DNA from: a cyanobacterium endosymbiont of Rhopalodia gibba
GTDB lineage: Bacteria; Cyanobacteriota; Cyanobacteriia; Cyanobacteriales; Microcystaceae
Assembly (NCBI GenBank): GCA_045159875.1
Contig: CP067995.1
Coordinates: 1,152,001-1,216,000 of the forward strand
Length of the DNA: 64,000 nucleotides
Direction: 5' to 3'
Part shown: positions 49,043 to 60,883 of the stretch, piece by piece
How positions within the stretch are numbered: position 1 is the first letter of the stretch
How the letters are laid out: the number at the start of each line of letters is the position of its first letter
The notes under the pieces: generated by a model
Seen by the model: the letters and a program-made list of their open reading frames with translations, nothing else
What the model was told of the DNA's origin: nothing
Databases searched by the model: none
Position numbers and translations under genes: made by a program

Positions 49043-50009
49043 TGGTGAAGTTTTAGTAAGTTTTAATACATTGAAACTGTTTATTATTGTTAGTAGTAGG
49101 ACAATAGGTAAGAGAAACTATCCAACACTGTCAATATCTGGCTTGCCGAAGTCTATTATTAACTGATTTGATAGCACTATATATTTATGTTATGGTAACT
49201 TATAATTCATCAAACTTTCTCTCAACAAAATTGTTTATTCTACAATTTTCTATAAAATAGTAAAAAGTATCCTCCAACTATAAAGTCTGTAAACTCTAAC
49301 TTTATTAGCCAATCCTAGAGTAATATAAATCAGGAGAAGATATTTGAAAACTAACTTGAATTGCTGGTCTTCTTTAAACTCTTTAGCTGAGTTAGATAGT
49401 CTCTATTTATGAACAGGTATTGGCAAAAATAATAGGACAACTTCCCAAATGAGACTAACAATTATTATTTGTGATAAGTCTCCTATCTCAGATATATTAA
49501 TTATAATATTTGTATTTTAACGTATTGCCCGTCTCAAGAGGATTTTTTCTTAAAAAACTTGACTAAATTTAAGTTAGCCTTTGAAGTAAGAGCTGTAGTT
49601 AAAAGTGTTTCAGATAGAGCATTATTTCAAGAAACATAACTTCTAGTTCATACTTTACTCGATACATTGGAAAAATATGCTCAAGATTATTATCTCTTAT
49701 TAAGAAAGTATTGACTCTTCATATAATAATTAAAAAGATAGATGATCTCCGTAAAGATAGAAAAATAAGGGCGATGATTCATCTTGAGCTAGGTGATCTT
49801 TTATTTCTAACTTTTGAAGGAGAAACTATTACTTAAAAAATATGTTCTGGAGTTTATATCTCTTTTATCAAGAAAGCAGTTTATTATGATAATTATCATC
49901 AATTAAATTTAAAGAATAGTTAAATTTTTATGTAAAAGTAACAGAAAAAAAATAAACAACAAATACCTTGAAATAGAGGTCTTCTATTGATAATCGATTT
50001 TCCTTCTGT

Positions 50010-51153
50010 ATGACGACGATACAGTCTCCCATTACCCTCACTATTGGACAATTAATTCAAGATAATTTTGGAACAACTTCTTTAGAGCAAGAAGTTGTTG
50101 ATTATTGCACTCCTCCAGAGGTGAAAATTAAAATTAGTGAGTTGATTAAAAATTACGAGAACCATAAGTATAAGGATGTTCAAGGCGTAAAATTGTTGTT
50201 TTATTTGATTTCTAATAAGTTAGAACAAGACGATAATATTTATCTTAAAAGTAATCAATCTATAATTTTAACGGACGGGGGAAACATAGCATTTATGAAT
50301 GTTATTTTTGCGTGTTCACTAAAGGCGGAGACGAAATTATTCTCAATATGCCTTATTATTTTAACCATGAGACTGCAATCATGATGGCTAGCTGTCATAC
50401 TGTATTAGTAGCCACTTATAAATCTTATCAGTTTTGTCTTGATGCTATCAAAAAAGAAATTGATAACAAAACTCGGGCAGTTTTATTACTATTTTTCCTA
50501 AAAATCCTAGCAGGATCAGCTTATCACAAGTCAGTCTTGAGGAAATATAATAAAGTCCTTTGTTTTGACTTTATTATATTTTTTATGAAACCTATGAAAA
50601 TTTTACCTATAATAAGGTTAAGCATTTTTTCCTGGCTTAATTATTGGTGGTAAACCTAATACGATTTTTCCATATGGTCTTTCTAAAAAATATTGGTTTG
50701 CTAGTTTGTGTATTGGTTATATACTGATTCATAAACGTCTTTTAGCCGGAGTGAAAAAAGTTCAGGACACAATTAATTTTAATTTGTCGGCCTGTTATTT
50801 CTCAATATGCCGCACCAGCTGCTTTAAATGTAAATAAAAGCTATTGTTATCAATATTTACCATAATTGCTCATATTCTAGGGTTTTTATTGACTTATCTT
50901 CAGAGTATTGGGGATATCTACACCGTTATTCTCTCCGAGAAGTGTTTGATATTTTTCTGAAGATTAATACCGATATAAAAGATTTTGATTGAGTTAAAAA
51001 GTTAATTGAAACATATGAAGTTACTGTCCTTTCTGACAAGATTTTTGGAATAATTAATGGATGTTATTTTCGAGTTGCTTACGGTTGTTTGCACCTAGCA
51101 ATGGTAAAAGAGGAAATTTAAAGATTAAAATAAGGGTTAAGACAGATTTACTA
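50010..51153 (+). pseudogene. PLP-dependent aminotransferase (class I/II) pseudogene
   Basis: IQSPI...TDGGNIAFMN / frameshift / GDEIILNMPYYFNHE...; C-terminal GCYFRVAYG. Confidence 0.85.
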
Positions 51154-51167
51154 ATTTGGAAGCGGTT

Positions 51168-51773
51168 TTAACTGAGCGGTCCCAAATACTTGCGTAAATA
51201 AGGAGAAAACACCTCATAAATCAGAGTTAAAGGTTTACAATCATGCCAAAATAAATAATGTCTACCCCAAAAAGGGCCTTTTTCTCCAAATGCCTCTTCT
51301 AAAGCAGAGGAATTGCCATGATAAATTCCTTGAATATCACGATACAATTCCGTATATGATTGTGAGAGACTCTCCCAAATGGGTAAGGAGACATTCTGTA
51401 AATGTTCATCTATATGATTTGCATTCCACCAAGAGGCAGCATAGGCTAATCTTTTTCCTGATGCTGTTCGTAGCCAAACCTGTCGTCGGAGACGAGGTTC
51501 AGGGACATTTTCAATCTGTGCAGGAGCGCCATCTCCATTCCTACTAATCAAGGACATGTCAATGAGATCAACCTCTGTGTTTTCTGTCGTAAGTAATTGT
51601 AGATGACGAGTTAGAGAACCATCCCCTAACAATAGAATCTGCCAGACAGGAGATAATTGATGATGAGGAAGTCCCTGTTTGACTTGTTCTTCGTCACCTT
51701 TCCAAATAATGTCGAGAGCGTGCCATTGATGAGTGAATCTTGTGTTGTTATCAGAGTTTAAAATTACTGTCAC
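51168..51773 (-). CDS. Chorismate pyruvate-lyase family (DUF98/Ycf21, UbiC-like)
   Basis: LLLGDGSLTRHL, RLAYAASWW, LTLIYEVFSP. Confidence 0.88.
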   Translation of the reverse strand: MTVILNSDNNTRFTHQWHALDIIWKGDEEQVKQGLPHHQLSPVWQILLLGDGSLTRHLQLLTTENTEVDLIDMSLISRNGDGAPAQIENVPEPRLRRQVWLRTASGKRLAYAASWWNANHIDEHLQNVSLPIWESLSQSYTELYRDIQGIYHGNSSALEEAFGEKGPFWGRHYLFWHDCKPLTLIYEVFSPYLRKYLGPLS

Positions 51774-51839
51774 TGGTTTTAAAAAAGACTTTGTAACTTC
51801 TAAGATTATAATAACAAGACTGAACCTTTGTAGGAACGA

Positions 51840-52736
51840 ATGTTTGGATTTATCGCCTTAAATAAACCCTCAGAAATTACGTCTCATGATTGTGTAGCCA
51901 GAGTTAGAAAGATTCTTAAACTCAGCAAAGTTGGTCACGGTGGAACCCTGGATCCTTTAGCAACTGGAGTTTTACCTATTGCTGTGGGGAAAGCCACTCG
52001 TTTGTTGCAATTTCTCCCGGAAAATAAAACTTACCGTGCCCTGATTCGCCTGGGAGTGCAGACAACCACTGATGACCTCCAAGGGGAGGTAGTTAAGTCT
52101 CAATCTGCTTCTATCTTAACCTTAGAACAAGTTGAGCCTCTACTGCATCAGTTTATTGGAACTATTCAACAGACTCCTCCTATTTATAGTGCTATTCAAC
52201 GTGATGGTAAACGGTTATATAGTTTAGCAAGACAAGGAAAAACGGTAGATATTCCGGCAAAAAAAGTTTATATTGAGCAAATCAACATAGTTGGTTGGTA
52301 CACCGGGGAATTTCCCGAATTAGAAGTTGATATTGTTTGTGGTCCAGGGACTTATATTCGAGCAATCGCCCGCGATTTGGGGACTATGCTTAATTTGGGT
52401 GGGACTTTGGCTAGGTTAACTCGTACTGAAAGTTGTGGTATGAAGTTATCTGAAAGTATTACTTTAGGAGAATTAAAAACAGAGATTGAACAGGGAAATT
52501 TTAGCTTAATTTCTTTAAATGTTGCCCTACAACATTTAAAGAAAATACTTTTGTCAGAAACGGACGGAAAACGTTGGCTTCAAGGACAAAAAATTGTTCA
52601 AGATTTACTGCCATTACCTGTTTCTGGAGTTGTTAGAGTATATCAACAAGAAGACAAGTTATTAGGCATAGGAAATGTAGTCAAATTTGAAAATTATCAG
52701 GTTTTAAGTCCTAAAGTTGTTATTTTAAATAAGTAA
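51840..52736 (+). CDS. truB: tRNA pseudouridine(55) synthase
   Basis: KVGHGGTLDPLATGVL, PPIYSA, GTYIRAIARDLG. Confidence 0.97.
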   Translation: MFGFIALNKPSEITSHDCVARVRKILKLSKVGHGGTLDPLATGVLPIAVGKATRLLQFLPENKTYRALIRLGVQTTTDDLQGEVVKSQSASILTLEQVEPLLHQFIGTIQQTPPIYSAIQRDGKRLYSLARQGKTVDIPAKKVYIEQINIVGWYTGEFPELEVDIVCGPGTYIRAIARDLGTMLNLGGTLARLTRTESCGMKLSESITLGELKTEIEQGNFSLISLNVALQHLKKILLSETDGKRWLQGQKIVQDLLPLPVSGVVRVYQQEDKLLGIGNVVKFENYQVLSPKVVILNK

Positions 52737-52780
52737 AAAAAAATAATTTACAAAATAATTCCTATTTGAATTAGTCTATA

Positions 52781-52818
52781 AGTTAGATATTTACTATTTG
52801 TTTGGTAAATATCTAACT
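52781..52818 (+). terminator. 14-bp-arm hairpin after truB
   Basis: agttagatatttac-10 nt-gtaaatatctaact. Confidence 0.55.
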
Positions 52819-53029
52819 CTTAATAAGAATTAAGACAACTTACTTGGGTTGAAAATAGAGTGGAAAATATATTGGCTTTAATAAAAAAAATTCCACTTTT
52901 TTCTACTTAGGGAAAAAAAGAATTGTTTATTATTTGGGACTGACATTCTCTAGATTGGGAAGCTAGGATCGAAGTATGGATAAAAAATTACTCTATTATT
53001 ACACTGGAGTCGTAAGGAGATTTAACATC

Positions 53030-53746
53030 ATGTCTGACTTAAGTTATGGTAAATCTGGGATAGCTACAGCAATCTCGTTATTAATTGGAATAACGGCAGT
53101 AAATCCCATTTATTTCTTAAAACCGGCAGCAGCTCAACTATTTTCTCTAGAAAATAACAATAACTCTAGTACCATTTCCAATGATGTAATAATTCCTCTC
53201 GGGACTCGAATTCCCCTCCGACACCAAGATGTTAAAAAAATTCTTGTCACTAACGAAGAAAGTCTTGAGATAACTCTAGAAACTGCGGCCAATGTTAAGG
53301 ATCGCTACGGTAATTTTTTGGTTCCGGTAGGTAGTAAAGTTATGGGCTTCATACAACCAGCTAATGGGGGAGCACAGTTTGTTACACGAGAAATTATCAT
53401 TGATAATCAACGGTATCCTCTTTATGCAAGTTCTAGGGTCGTGACTCGGACAGAAACTATTAATGAAGGTGCAAGTGTGGAGGAAATTTTAGGGGGAACT
53501 TTGGCCGGTTCTGCTGCTGCTGCTATTATTGCTGGAACGACTGGCGATCGCCGCATTGATGCTTTAGAAGTCTTAGCCGGCGCTGCGATAGGGACCCTGG
53601 CCGGATGGAGCTTACCAGAGTCCGGACTTATTGGAGGGAGTGAAACTCAGGTTATCTCTATTGATCCTAACCAAGATTTAGCTATTATTCTAGAGTCGAA
53701 TTTAACTTTAACAGGGAACAATAGGGGAAGTTATAAACGTTTTTAA
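53030..53746 (+). CDS. Secreted conserved cyanobacterial protein with glycine-zipper-like segment
   Basis: Signal peptide ending PAAAQ; IPLGTRIP, GGAQFV, GDRRIDALEVLAGAAIG; AAGGAGA upstream of ATG 53030. Confidence 0.7.
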   Translation: MSDLSYGKSGIATAISLLIGITAVNPIYFLKPAAAQLFSLENNNNSSTISNDVIIPLGTRIPLRHQDVKKILVTNEESLEITLETAANVKDRYGNFLVPVGSKVMGFIQPANGGAQFVTREIIIDNQRYPLYASSRVVTRTETINEGASVEEILGGTLAGSAAAAIIAGTTGDRRIDALEVLAGAAIGTLAGWSLPESGLIGGSETQVISIDPNQDLAIILESNLTLTGNNRGSYKRF

Positions 53747-53829
53747 CAAAAATCATTGTGAAGACTGAGATAAAATAATTTGTGTATTTTCTATCTATTT
53801 TTTAAAGTAAGGTAAGTTTTGACAGAAAA

Positions 53830-55560
53830 TTATGGATAAAAGAAGCAGTGGAAACTCTATATGCTATAAGCCTTATCTATTGACGTCTGATGCTATGGAG
53901 ATAAAATATTGTCCCGCTCTTACTGAAATATTTTGTGATCTAAATCACTATCTATGAAAAATTTGAACGGCGTTTTAATCTTGTTCCTAAATTGACATTA
54001 TTGATTTTGGCAAAAAAATTCCGTTTCCGTTTGAGTTTAGGTCAATTTATGACCATTAGAATTGCTTATCCTTAGTCAGAATGTTGAAACATTAAATAAT
54101 TTGATAAATTCCAAATTCTCCCTCATGACAAAAAAGCATTTCCTAAAGTTTTCAATGGGGTTTAAATCGAGAGAATAAGGAGATGAAACAAGACTTGTGC
54201 TCATATTGCATTAGTTCTCTACCTTCTGTTGCTTTATAAGCCAGTCAATTATTTATAACTACATAGGCCTCTGGCCAGGTTTGTGGTATCAGCACTCCTG
54301 TTTCATCAGTAAGAAAAGCTTTTTTATTGATCTATACTTAAAAAGTAAAAGGGGCTAACCCAATAGAATGAGCGGTTTTGATTGACCTAATTATTGGGAC
54401 ATTTTTAATAGACTCGTTCCCTTTTACTTGCTCTAGTACACTAACAAGTGATCGCTAGCTCAACTCCGGTTTCGTCAATCAAAACTATCTCTTAAAATTT
54501 TAATTGTTTTGGTCTTATTGTTGGGTTTTATGATTTTAGTGGGAATATCCATGGAGTACGGCTTTATTTTCTGTACGACTAATATTTTTTGTCTCTTCAC
54601 TTTAATCTACTCAAATCAAACCTTCTATCAGATCTTGTTCAACGAAAACGGATAGTTGCCTGACTGCTGGAGGACGATCACTAAATTTAATGAGAGCTAG
54701 ATACAATAGATCCTTGTGGCGTTTTCTAAAAATTTTATTCCAGTCTTCTTCATTAATTATTTGTAAAATAACCTAAAAAACAGGACAAAATGTACAAAAT
54801 TTCTTTTTGAATTCTAACTCATTGTTTAATTCCCCTTTCGGAGGAAGTTGTCCTTCTTCAGTGAAAAATTCTAGCAATAGTGTTAATAAAAGTTCATAGG
54901 ACTTAAAGCATTTCAGCTGGTATTGAATTCTATGGGTTAAAAAACTTGAATAAACTGTGAAAACACAAAATGCTTGTGCTTGGATTTCTTTTCGAGGTGC
55001 ACAATAGATTCCCAATTAGAAAGGAATAGAATCAACTTCTGCAATTTGAGTAGTTGATCAAAATAGGTCTTTAATTCTCCTCGTTCATAATTGTTTTGAA
55101 AAGCATTAAGACCGGTAATGATTATATGCCCATAATGGGACCGCGATTATGATCATTTCATTAATCAAGATTTTATAGGTTGATCTTCAAAAATTAAACA
55201 ACACTTCCCGCTGTTTAGCAAGGTCTTCGATAACGTTAATAGGATCACCTAAATTGATGGCATCAACAGAGATATGAGGAGTATCTTTGCCGTAATAGGA
55301 GTCCTATCTTTAACTTTTATATCCTGCTTCAGCAATACGATCAATCTCCCCACTAAGTAATTGTATCCATACTCAAAAAGTTGATTTCGGGGGTAAATAA
55401 CCTCGTTCATAAGACCAAACGGGTTGGCTGCAAGGAATTTTTTTATTTAATAACTGCTTTATTTCGTCCAATTTGGAGCTGTCTGTTTTTTGTTGAAGTG
55501 AGAAGATTAAGACGAGCCAGGGAATATCCTTCAAAAATTAATATGATGTTGGTCTAACCG
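53830..55560 (-). pseudogene. Large unidentified pseudogene
   Basis: Higher-GC coding-like tract with broken frames (SGEIDRIAEAGYK, YYGKDTPHISVDAINLGDPINVIEDLAKQRE); ends approximate. Confidence 0.45.
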
Positions 55561-55856
55561 GTTTTCCCATTCTAGACAGATTTCAATGAGATGTGACAAA
55601 CTCAACAAGAATATTTAAGGCTAAATTAGGGTGATGATCACCCTCAAAGTCTGAATAAAAAAGATAAAGTACTTTGAATTCATCGGTGCTAAATTTGATT
55701 ATGGTTACTTGACAAATTTTATTAGTAATTCGGAAATTTTTTCATTGTTTTATAAAATAAAGTCAAGAAATACTATTTTACTTCTATATATATAAGACGT
55801 TGGGTAAAATTTTATCAATTCTACTACTTTGGCAAGTATTAATGACAGTAATAATA

Positions 55857-55924
55857 TAATTAAAAGTTAAAACAAATAAGTAATTATTGATCAATAATTA
55901 CTTATTTGTTTTAACTTTTAATTA
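55857..55924. repeat. Perfect 68-bp palindrome, no spacer
   Basis: taattaaaagttaaaacaaataagtaattattga|tcaataattacttatttgttttaacttttaatta. Confidence 0.97.
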
Positions 55925-56199
55925 CTGTAGTAAAAGCGCATATTAATATAATATTTAATCTTAGAATTTTTTTGTTAAATTAAAGTAATTTAAGCAATAA
56001 TTATTGATATCATTACTGTCATAAAATACTCATCTCAGATATCTATTTTTTTGCTTATTTTAGCTAAGTTTATTTTTTGTTATAGTTCAGGCTTTTAGTT
56101 TAATTTAACTAAAAAAAAGTATTAAATAGTAAAATTTAAAGTCAAATAACTTCAGAATTAAAAATTTACTACCTATTTAAATGTTCTTGTTGCTATAAT

Positions 56200-56760
56200 T
56201 CTTATACTCACTCCTTTGTCAAAATATATTTACACTAAATAATAATTTTTTATCTTTTAATCCTAGCATTTGATAAAAATGCTAATCGGTTTAATTTTTA
56301 AGGGGTTTATACTGAATTTTTATTAAATTGTTCTTGCCTTAAATATTTTAGTATATGTTTTTTTAAAAAAATTAACTCTTCTGTAAATTTACTTCCAGAT
56401 TAATCTTTATAAGATTAAGACAGCTCTCTAATAGTTAATTCATTATGTTACTATTTTTGATAGTTATTTAATAGTTAAATCACAATAGATATAAGTAGTT
56501 GTATTTAAATACATTTCTTCAATCAATCAAACCATCATTATCTCATTTAAGATATAACGGTAGATAATCGTGAGTACTTCTAAGTTTAAAATCTCATGTA
56601 TTAAATTAAACTAAATTAAGTGAAGATATTGAGTTTAGCAGAATTTAATTCAAACACAAGATCTGCTATAGTACTAACTATATAGTTATTTTTTAATAAA
56701 AGCTTACTGCAGATAGTCAAATATTTTTTTTATATCTTTTCTTTATATATAAAAAAATGG
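56200..56760 (-). mobile_element. ISL3 relic, copy 2
   Basis: Matches the reverse complement of copy 1 (ttaactcttctgtaaattta; aagtgaagatattgagtttagcagaatttaattcaaacac); ends approximate. Confidence 0.75.
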
Positions 56761-57307
56761 CTATAATAGTTTATTAGTTCTTTAATACTTCAGCTATTTA
56801 TTCTAAAATCTTAATTTTAGAAATTTGGAAAATCTTATAGATAAAAATTGATTGTCTCCACTTATACTTCTAGTTCTAATTAGAATAGTTAATTTTGACT
56901 GTCTTTTATTGCTCAATAAAGATGATTTTCTAAAAAAAATACTTGTAGGAGTTTATATATTATCTTTTTAAATTTGAGATCTTGATGTTCTATTTATCTA
57001 TAAAATAACTTGAGTCACTTATCCTTACTCCCAAATTTTATAATTATATTGTCCTTTTAATTTTAGATAAAAAATTAGTTAGCTATGACAGTAGCTTATT
57101 AACAGAATAAATATTACTAAAGTGGTTAAAGTAACGCGGATTTGAGCTTAAGTTTATACTCAAAGTTACTCATTGAAAATGGGATAGATAATATCTACTT
57201 TTACTTGTAATATGATATCGATTATTATACTTATAACTTTTTATATTATAATTTTGTTCATAAAAATAGTTTTGTAAATTATAAACTACTAATTTGTTAT
57301 TTTTAGT

Positions 57308-57346
57308 CTTTATAAATCTTTATTTTATGAATAAAGATTTATAAAG
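57308..57346 (-). terminator. Perfect 17-bp-arm hairpin downstream of the DNA methylase gene
   Basis: ctttataaatctttatt-ttatg-aataaagatttataaag. Confidence 0.6.
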
Positions 57347-57406
57347 TAAAAACTTTAAAAATAAAATAAAAGTTATCAATGTTCTGAAAAAGCTATCTGT
57401 AATGTA

Positions 57407-58240
57407 TTAATTTTTAATGAAAATTTCTTTCCCTTTTTTAGCTTTTCCTTGTTTATAATTATTCATACCATATTGAAATTCCCAATCAACAATATTAAAA
57501 TCTTTGAAGTTATTTTTTATTTCTTCAGAGTTATCATAAGTAATTAACCATTTATGTTGACAACTAACCAAACTTTGAGCAAATCTTTGATGATCAAAAG
57601 AGGTATGTAAATTACCATCTTTTCCATATAATTTAGATTGAGTGGCAGTCAAATAAGGAGGATCTAAAAAAATAAATACTTGATCTTCTCCTGGATTAAC
57701 GACTTCACTGTAATCCAAATTGGTGATTTTAACATCTTTTAAAATAGGTTCTAAATTTTTCAGGCGATCAATAGAAGAATCTGTGAATCTAGTTAAAAAA
57801 GATTGATTCGAAAATCCTCCAGATTCTACAATTCCTGAGAAAGTAATTCTATTTAAAATAAAAAACCGAACTGCTCTTTCAAAATCTGATAATTCTTCAA
57901 TGTTAACCGAAGTTAATTTTTTGAAAAGTTTTCGACCATCAGTATAATTGAATTTAATTTCACGCAAAACAATCACTAATTCTTTTAGATCTGATTGAGC
58001 GATCTTCCAAAATAAGTATAATTCGTGGTTTAAATCATTAATCCAAATATCAAGATTAGGATAAGTTTGTTTAAGATAAATGAACATTGATCCCCCACCA
58101 GAAAATGGTTCCCTATATTCGGTATATTTAGATAAATTCTTAGGAAGATGTTGAATAATTTGTTTGATAGCCTTTGATTTACCGCCAGGAAAGCGTAAAG
58201 GACTTTTAACCAAACTATTTGTTCGAGATGTTTTCATCAT
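57407..58240 (-). CDS. Dam-family (D12 class) N6-adenine DNA methyltransferase, solitary
   Basis: SPLRFPGGKS, EPFSGGGS, FLDPPY; no adjacent restriction endonuclease. Confidence 0.92.
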   Translation of the reverse strand: MMKTSRTNSLVKSPLRFPGGKSKAIKQIIQHLPKNLSKYTEYREPFSGGGSMFIYLKQTYPNLDIWINDLNHELYLFWKIAQSDLKELVIVLREIKFNYTDGRKLFKKLTSVNIEELSDFERAVRFFILNRITFSGIVESGGFSNQSFLTRFTDSSIDRLKNLEPILKDVKITNLDYSEVVNPGEDQVFIFLDPPYLTATQSKLYGKDGNLHTSFDHQRFAQSLVSCQHKWLITYDNSEEIKNNFKDFNIVDWEFQYGMNNYKQGKAKKGKEIFIKN

Positions 58241-58263
58241 ATAATTTCAATTATAAATGAATA

Positions 58264-58905
58264 TCAATTAAATACTGACATACCATAAAAGGGTATCACA
58301 TCTGACCAATGAGGGCGTTTTCCCTGTTGCCAATCATAGTAAGCTAATTCGAGAATACTGGTTACAGTACAACCTAATTTTTTAGGGGTTACTAAAAGTT
58401 TTTTCTTTACATTTAAATGCTGTATTTTTTTTTCCCATATATCAGGTTCAATAACCATATCAGGTAAATTACAAATAAATTTTTGGGTCTGATTTTTAAC
58501 TTTATAAATAGCAACATACAATTGTCCCCGTGAAGCTGACATTTGAACAGGAATTAACGAATTGACGGAATAATTATCTTTATTTTGCCAAGCAAAAGCT
58601 TCTAAAGTTGAAATGCCAAAAAGAGGAATATTCAACTGCTGTGCCAACGTCCGTGCTGTAACCACACCAATACGAGTACTGGTAAAACTCCCTGGCCCTT
58701 TTGCAACAGCAATAAATGCCAATTTTTCTAAAACTTTGTGGCTAATAAATTCAACTAAATGTTGATGTAAATAGGTAGATAGTTCGTGATCAACATCCCA
58801 AGTTTGAAAACGGGTTTCTCTTAAAAAATCACTAATACTTAGTCCAAGTTGAAAGCTAGTTGTATGTATAGCAAGACCATACTGAGAAGGAGTCAAGTTA
58901 GACAT
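58264..58905 (-). CDS. tsaB: tRNA t6A37 biosynthesis protein TsaB
   Basis: LAIHTT, VAKGPGSFTSTRIG. Confidence 0.93.
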   Translation of the reverse strand: MSNLTPSQYGLAIHTTSFQLGLSISDFLRETRFQTWDVDHELSTYLHQHLVEFISHKVLEKLAFIAVAKGPGSFTSTRIGVVTARTLAQQLNIPLFGISTLEAFAWQNKDNYSVNSLIPVQMSASRGQLYVAIYKVKNQTQKFICNLPDMVIEPDIWEKKIQHLNVKKKLLVTPKKLGCTVTSILELAYYDWQQGKRPHWSDVIPFYGMSVFN

Positions 58906-59246
58906 TTGATGTTAATAATAATTAAGATTAAAGAGCTGGTGGATTAAAGGTTAGAATCTTGGACACAGCGCAAATGAATTATTCATTAATACGAATAAAT
59001 TTATATAATTGAGTCAATCATAACACCTCATGGGATATAGTGATTCATCAAGACAGCACTTAATTTCTGGCTATTACTTGAACCAATAAATTAAATCTTT
59101 AAATAAATTCTTTTCTCTGTTTCTCCCATCTAAAAAATCAAAAATTGAATCTAGGGAAAATCTAAATAAATCTCGGTCCTCTCTCTAACTTTGACTTACT
59201 GTATAATAGTATGTGGAGCCTGACGTGACTTTACTAGGAAAGAACC

Positions 59247-60497
59247 ATGAGCCACTCCGCCCTTCTTGACACTTCCGAGGCATTTGATTATAGCGAGTTT
59301 GATGCCTATGTTATGCACACCTATGAGCGTCTTCCCATTGCTATCGAAAAGGGGCAAGGATGTCGTCTTTGGGATACTGAAGGACGAGAATATTTAGACT
59401 TTGTCGCAGGAATTGCCACTTGTACTCTTGGACACGCCCATCCGGCTTTGATTGAAATAGTTACCCAACAAATCCAAAAACTCCACCACGTCTCTAATTT
59501 TTACTATATTCCTGAACAGGGAGCTTTAGCTAAGTGGCTTGTGGATTGTTCCTGTGCTGATAGTGTTTTTTTCTGCAATTCTGGTGCAGAAGCTAATGAA
59601 GCAGCCATTAAACTAGTAAGAAAATACGCCCATACGGTGCTAGACTCCTGCGAACAACCTGTAATTCTAACCGCCCAAGCCAGTTTTCACGGGCGCACCA
59701 TAGCCACTATTAGCGCTACCGGACAACTCAAATATCAAAAAGATTTCGATCCCCTAGTGCCTGGGTTTGTCTATGTACCCTACAATGATATCAAAACCCT
59801 GGAAGACACGATTACTGACCTAAATAAAAAGAACAGTCGGGTAGTTGCTGTCATGTTAGAACCTCTTCAAGGAGAGGGAGGAGTTCGTCCAGGAGATTTA
59901 GAGTATTTTCTGCGGTTGCGGAAAATTTGTGATGAGAATAATATCCTTTTAGTATTTGATGAAGTCCAAGTCGGGATAGGCCGCTCCGGCAAATTGTGGG
60001 GTTACGAATATTTGGGGATTGAACCAGATATCTTCACTAGCGCGAAAGGACTAGCCGGAGGGATTCCCATTGGGGCGATGATGTGTAAAAAATTCTGCGA
60101 TGTCTTGAGTCCAGGAACCCATGCGAGCACCTTTGGGGGAAACCCCTTTGTCACTGCCGTAGCCTTGACAGTATTAAAAACCATTAAAAAAGAAAATCTC
60201 TTACAGAATGTTCAAGCTAGAGGAGAACAGTTAAGAACTAACTTACGAGCGATCATTCAGAAATATCCTACTTTATTTACAGAGGTTCGAGGATGGGGCT
60301 TAATCAACGGAATAGAACTAAAACAAGAGATTAAATTAACGTCTTTAGATATAGTTAAAGCAGCAATGGAAGATGGGTTATTATTGGCTCCAGCAGGACC
60401 CAAAGTATTACGGTTTGTTCCCCCTCTAATTGTCTCTGAAACGGAGGTAGAACGAGCGACAGAAATCCTAGAACGGGTGTTAGTAAAAATAAGTTAA
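59247..60497 (+). CDS. argD: Acetylornithine aminotransferase
   Basis: FCNSGAEANEAA, SFHGRT, FDEVQVG, AKGLAGG, HASTFGGNP. Confidence 0.93.
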   Translation: MSHSALLDTSEAFDYSEFDAYVMHTYERLPIAIEKGQGCRLWDTEGREYLDFVAGIATCTLGHAHPALIEIVTQQIQKLHHVSNFYYIPEQGALAKWLVDCSCADSVFFCNSGAEANEAAIKLVRKYAHTVLDSCEQPVILTAQASFHGRTIATISATGQLKYQKDFDPLVPGFVYVPYNDIKTLEDTITDLNKKNSRVVAVMLEPLQGEGGVRPGDLEYFLRLRKICDENNILLVFDEVQVGIGRSGKLWGYEYLGIEPDIFTSAKGLAGGIPIGAMMCKKFCDVLSPGTHASTFGGNPFVTAVALTVLKTIKKENLLQNVQARGEQLRTNLRAIIQKYPTLFTEVRGWGLINGIELKQEIKLTSLDIVKAAMEDGLLLAPAGPKVLRFVPPLIVSETEVERATEILERVLVKIS

Positions 60498-60565
60498 TAG
60501 AGTTCTATCGAACCTGTCAAGTAGAACTAACATTTTGATAGATGAGGAAACGGGGAAAAGAGAAG

Positions 60566-60594
60566 CGTGTTACGGAGGAACGTGTTACGGAGGA
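60566..60594 (+). repeat. Tandem duplication with 15-nt period
   Basis: cgtgttacggagga-a-cgtgttacggagga. Confidence 0.9.
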
Positions 60595-60602
60595 TTGAAC
60601 CC

Positions 60603-60644
60603 GCCTTCAACTCTTATCGCCAAGAGGCGATAAGAGTTGAAGGC
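60603..60644. repeat. Perfect inverted repeat, 19-bp arms, 4-nt spacer
   Basis: gccttcaactcttatcgcc-aaga-ggcgataagagttgaaggc. Confidence 0.95.
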
Positions 60645-60851
60645 ATTGCCAGAGCTAAAATTATCCCTCCAAAGAGAGATAAAGTTTAGATAAATCTCGT
60701 TTTTTATTAACTTAACCTTGCGCCATGGTTAGGTATCCAATATGTTCTCTTCTATCTCGTATCCCTCTGGTATGCTAGCTAAAATTGGAGCAATACTAGT
60801 TCCAACTTATTGGACCATAGCATGTAGTTAATCTTTTAAAAATATTCTGGT

Positions 60852-60883
60852 GAGTCAATAGCACTTTTAAGTGCTATTGACTC
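60852..60883. repeat. Perfect inverted repeat, 15-bp arms, 2-nt spacer
   Basis: gagtcaatagcactt-tt-aagtgctattgactc. Confidence 0.95.

Noticed and set aside
49300..49840. Coding-like remnant before the aminotransferase pseudogene
   Set aside because: Could not be identified
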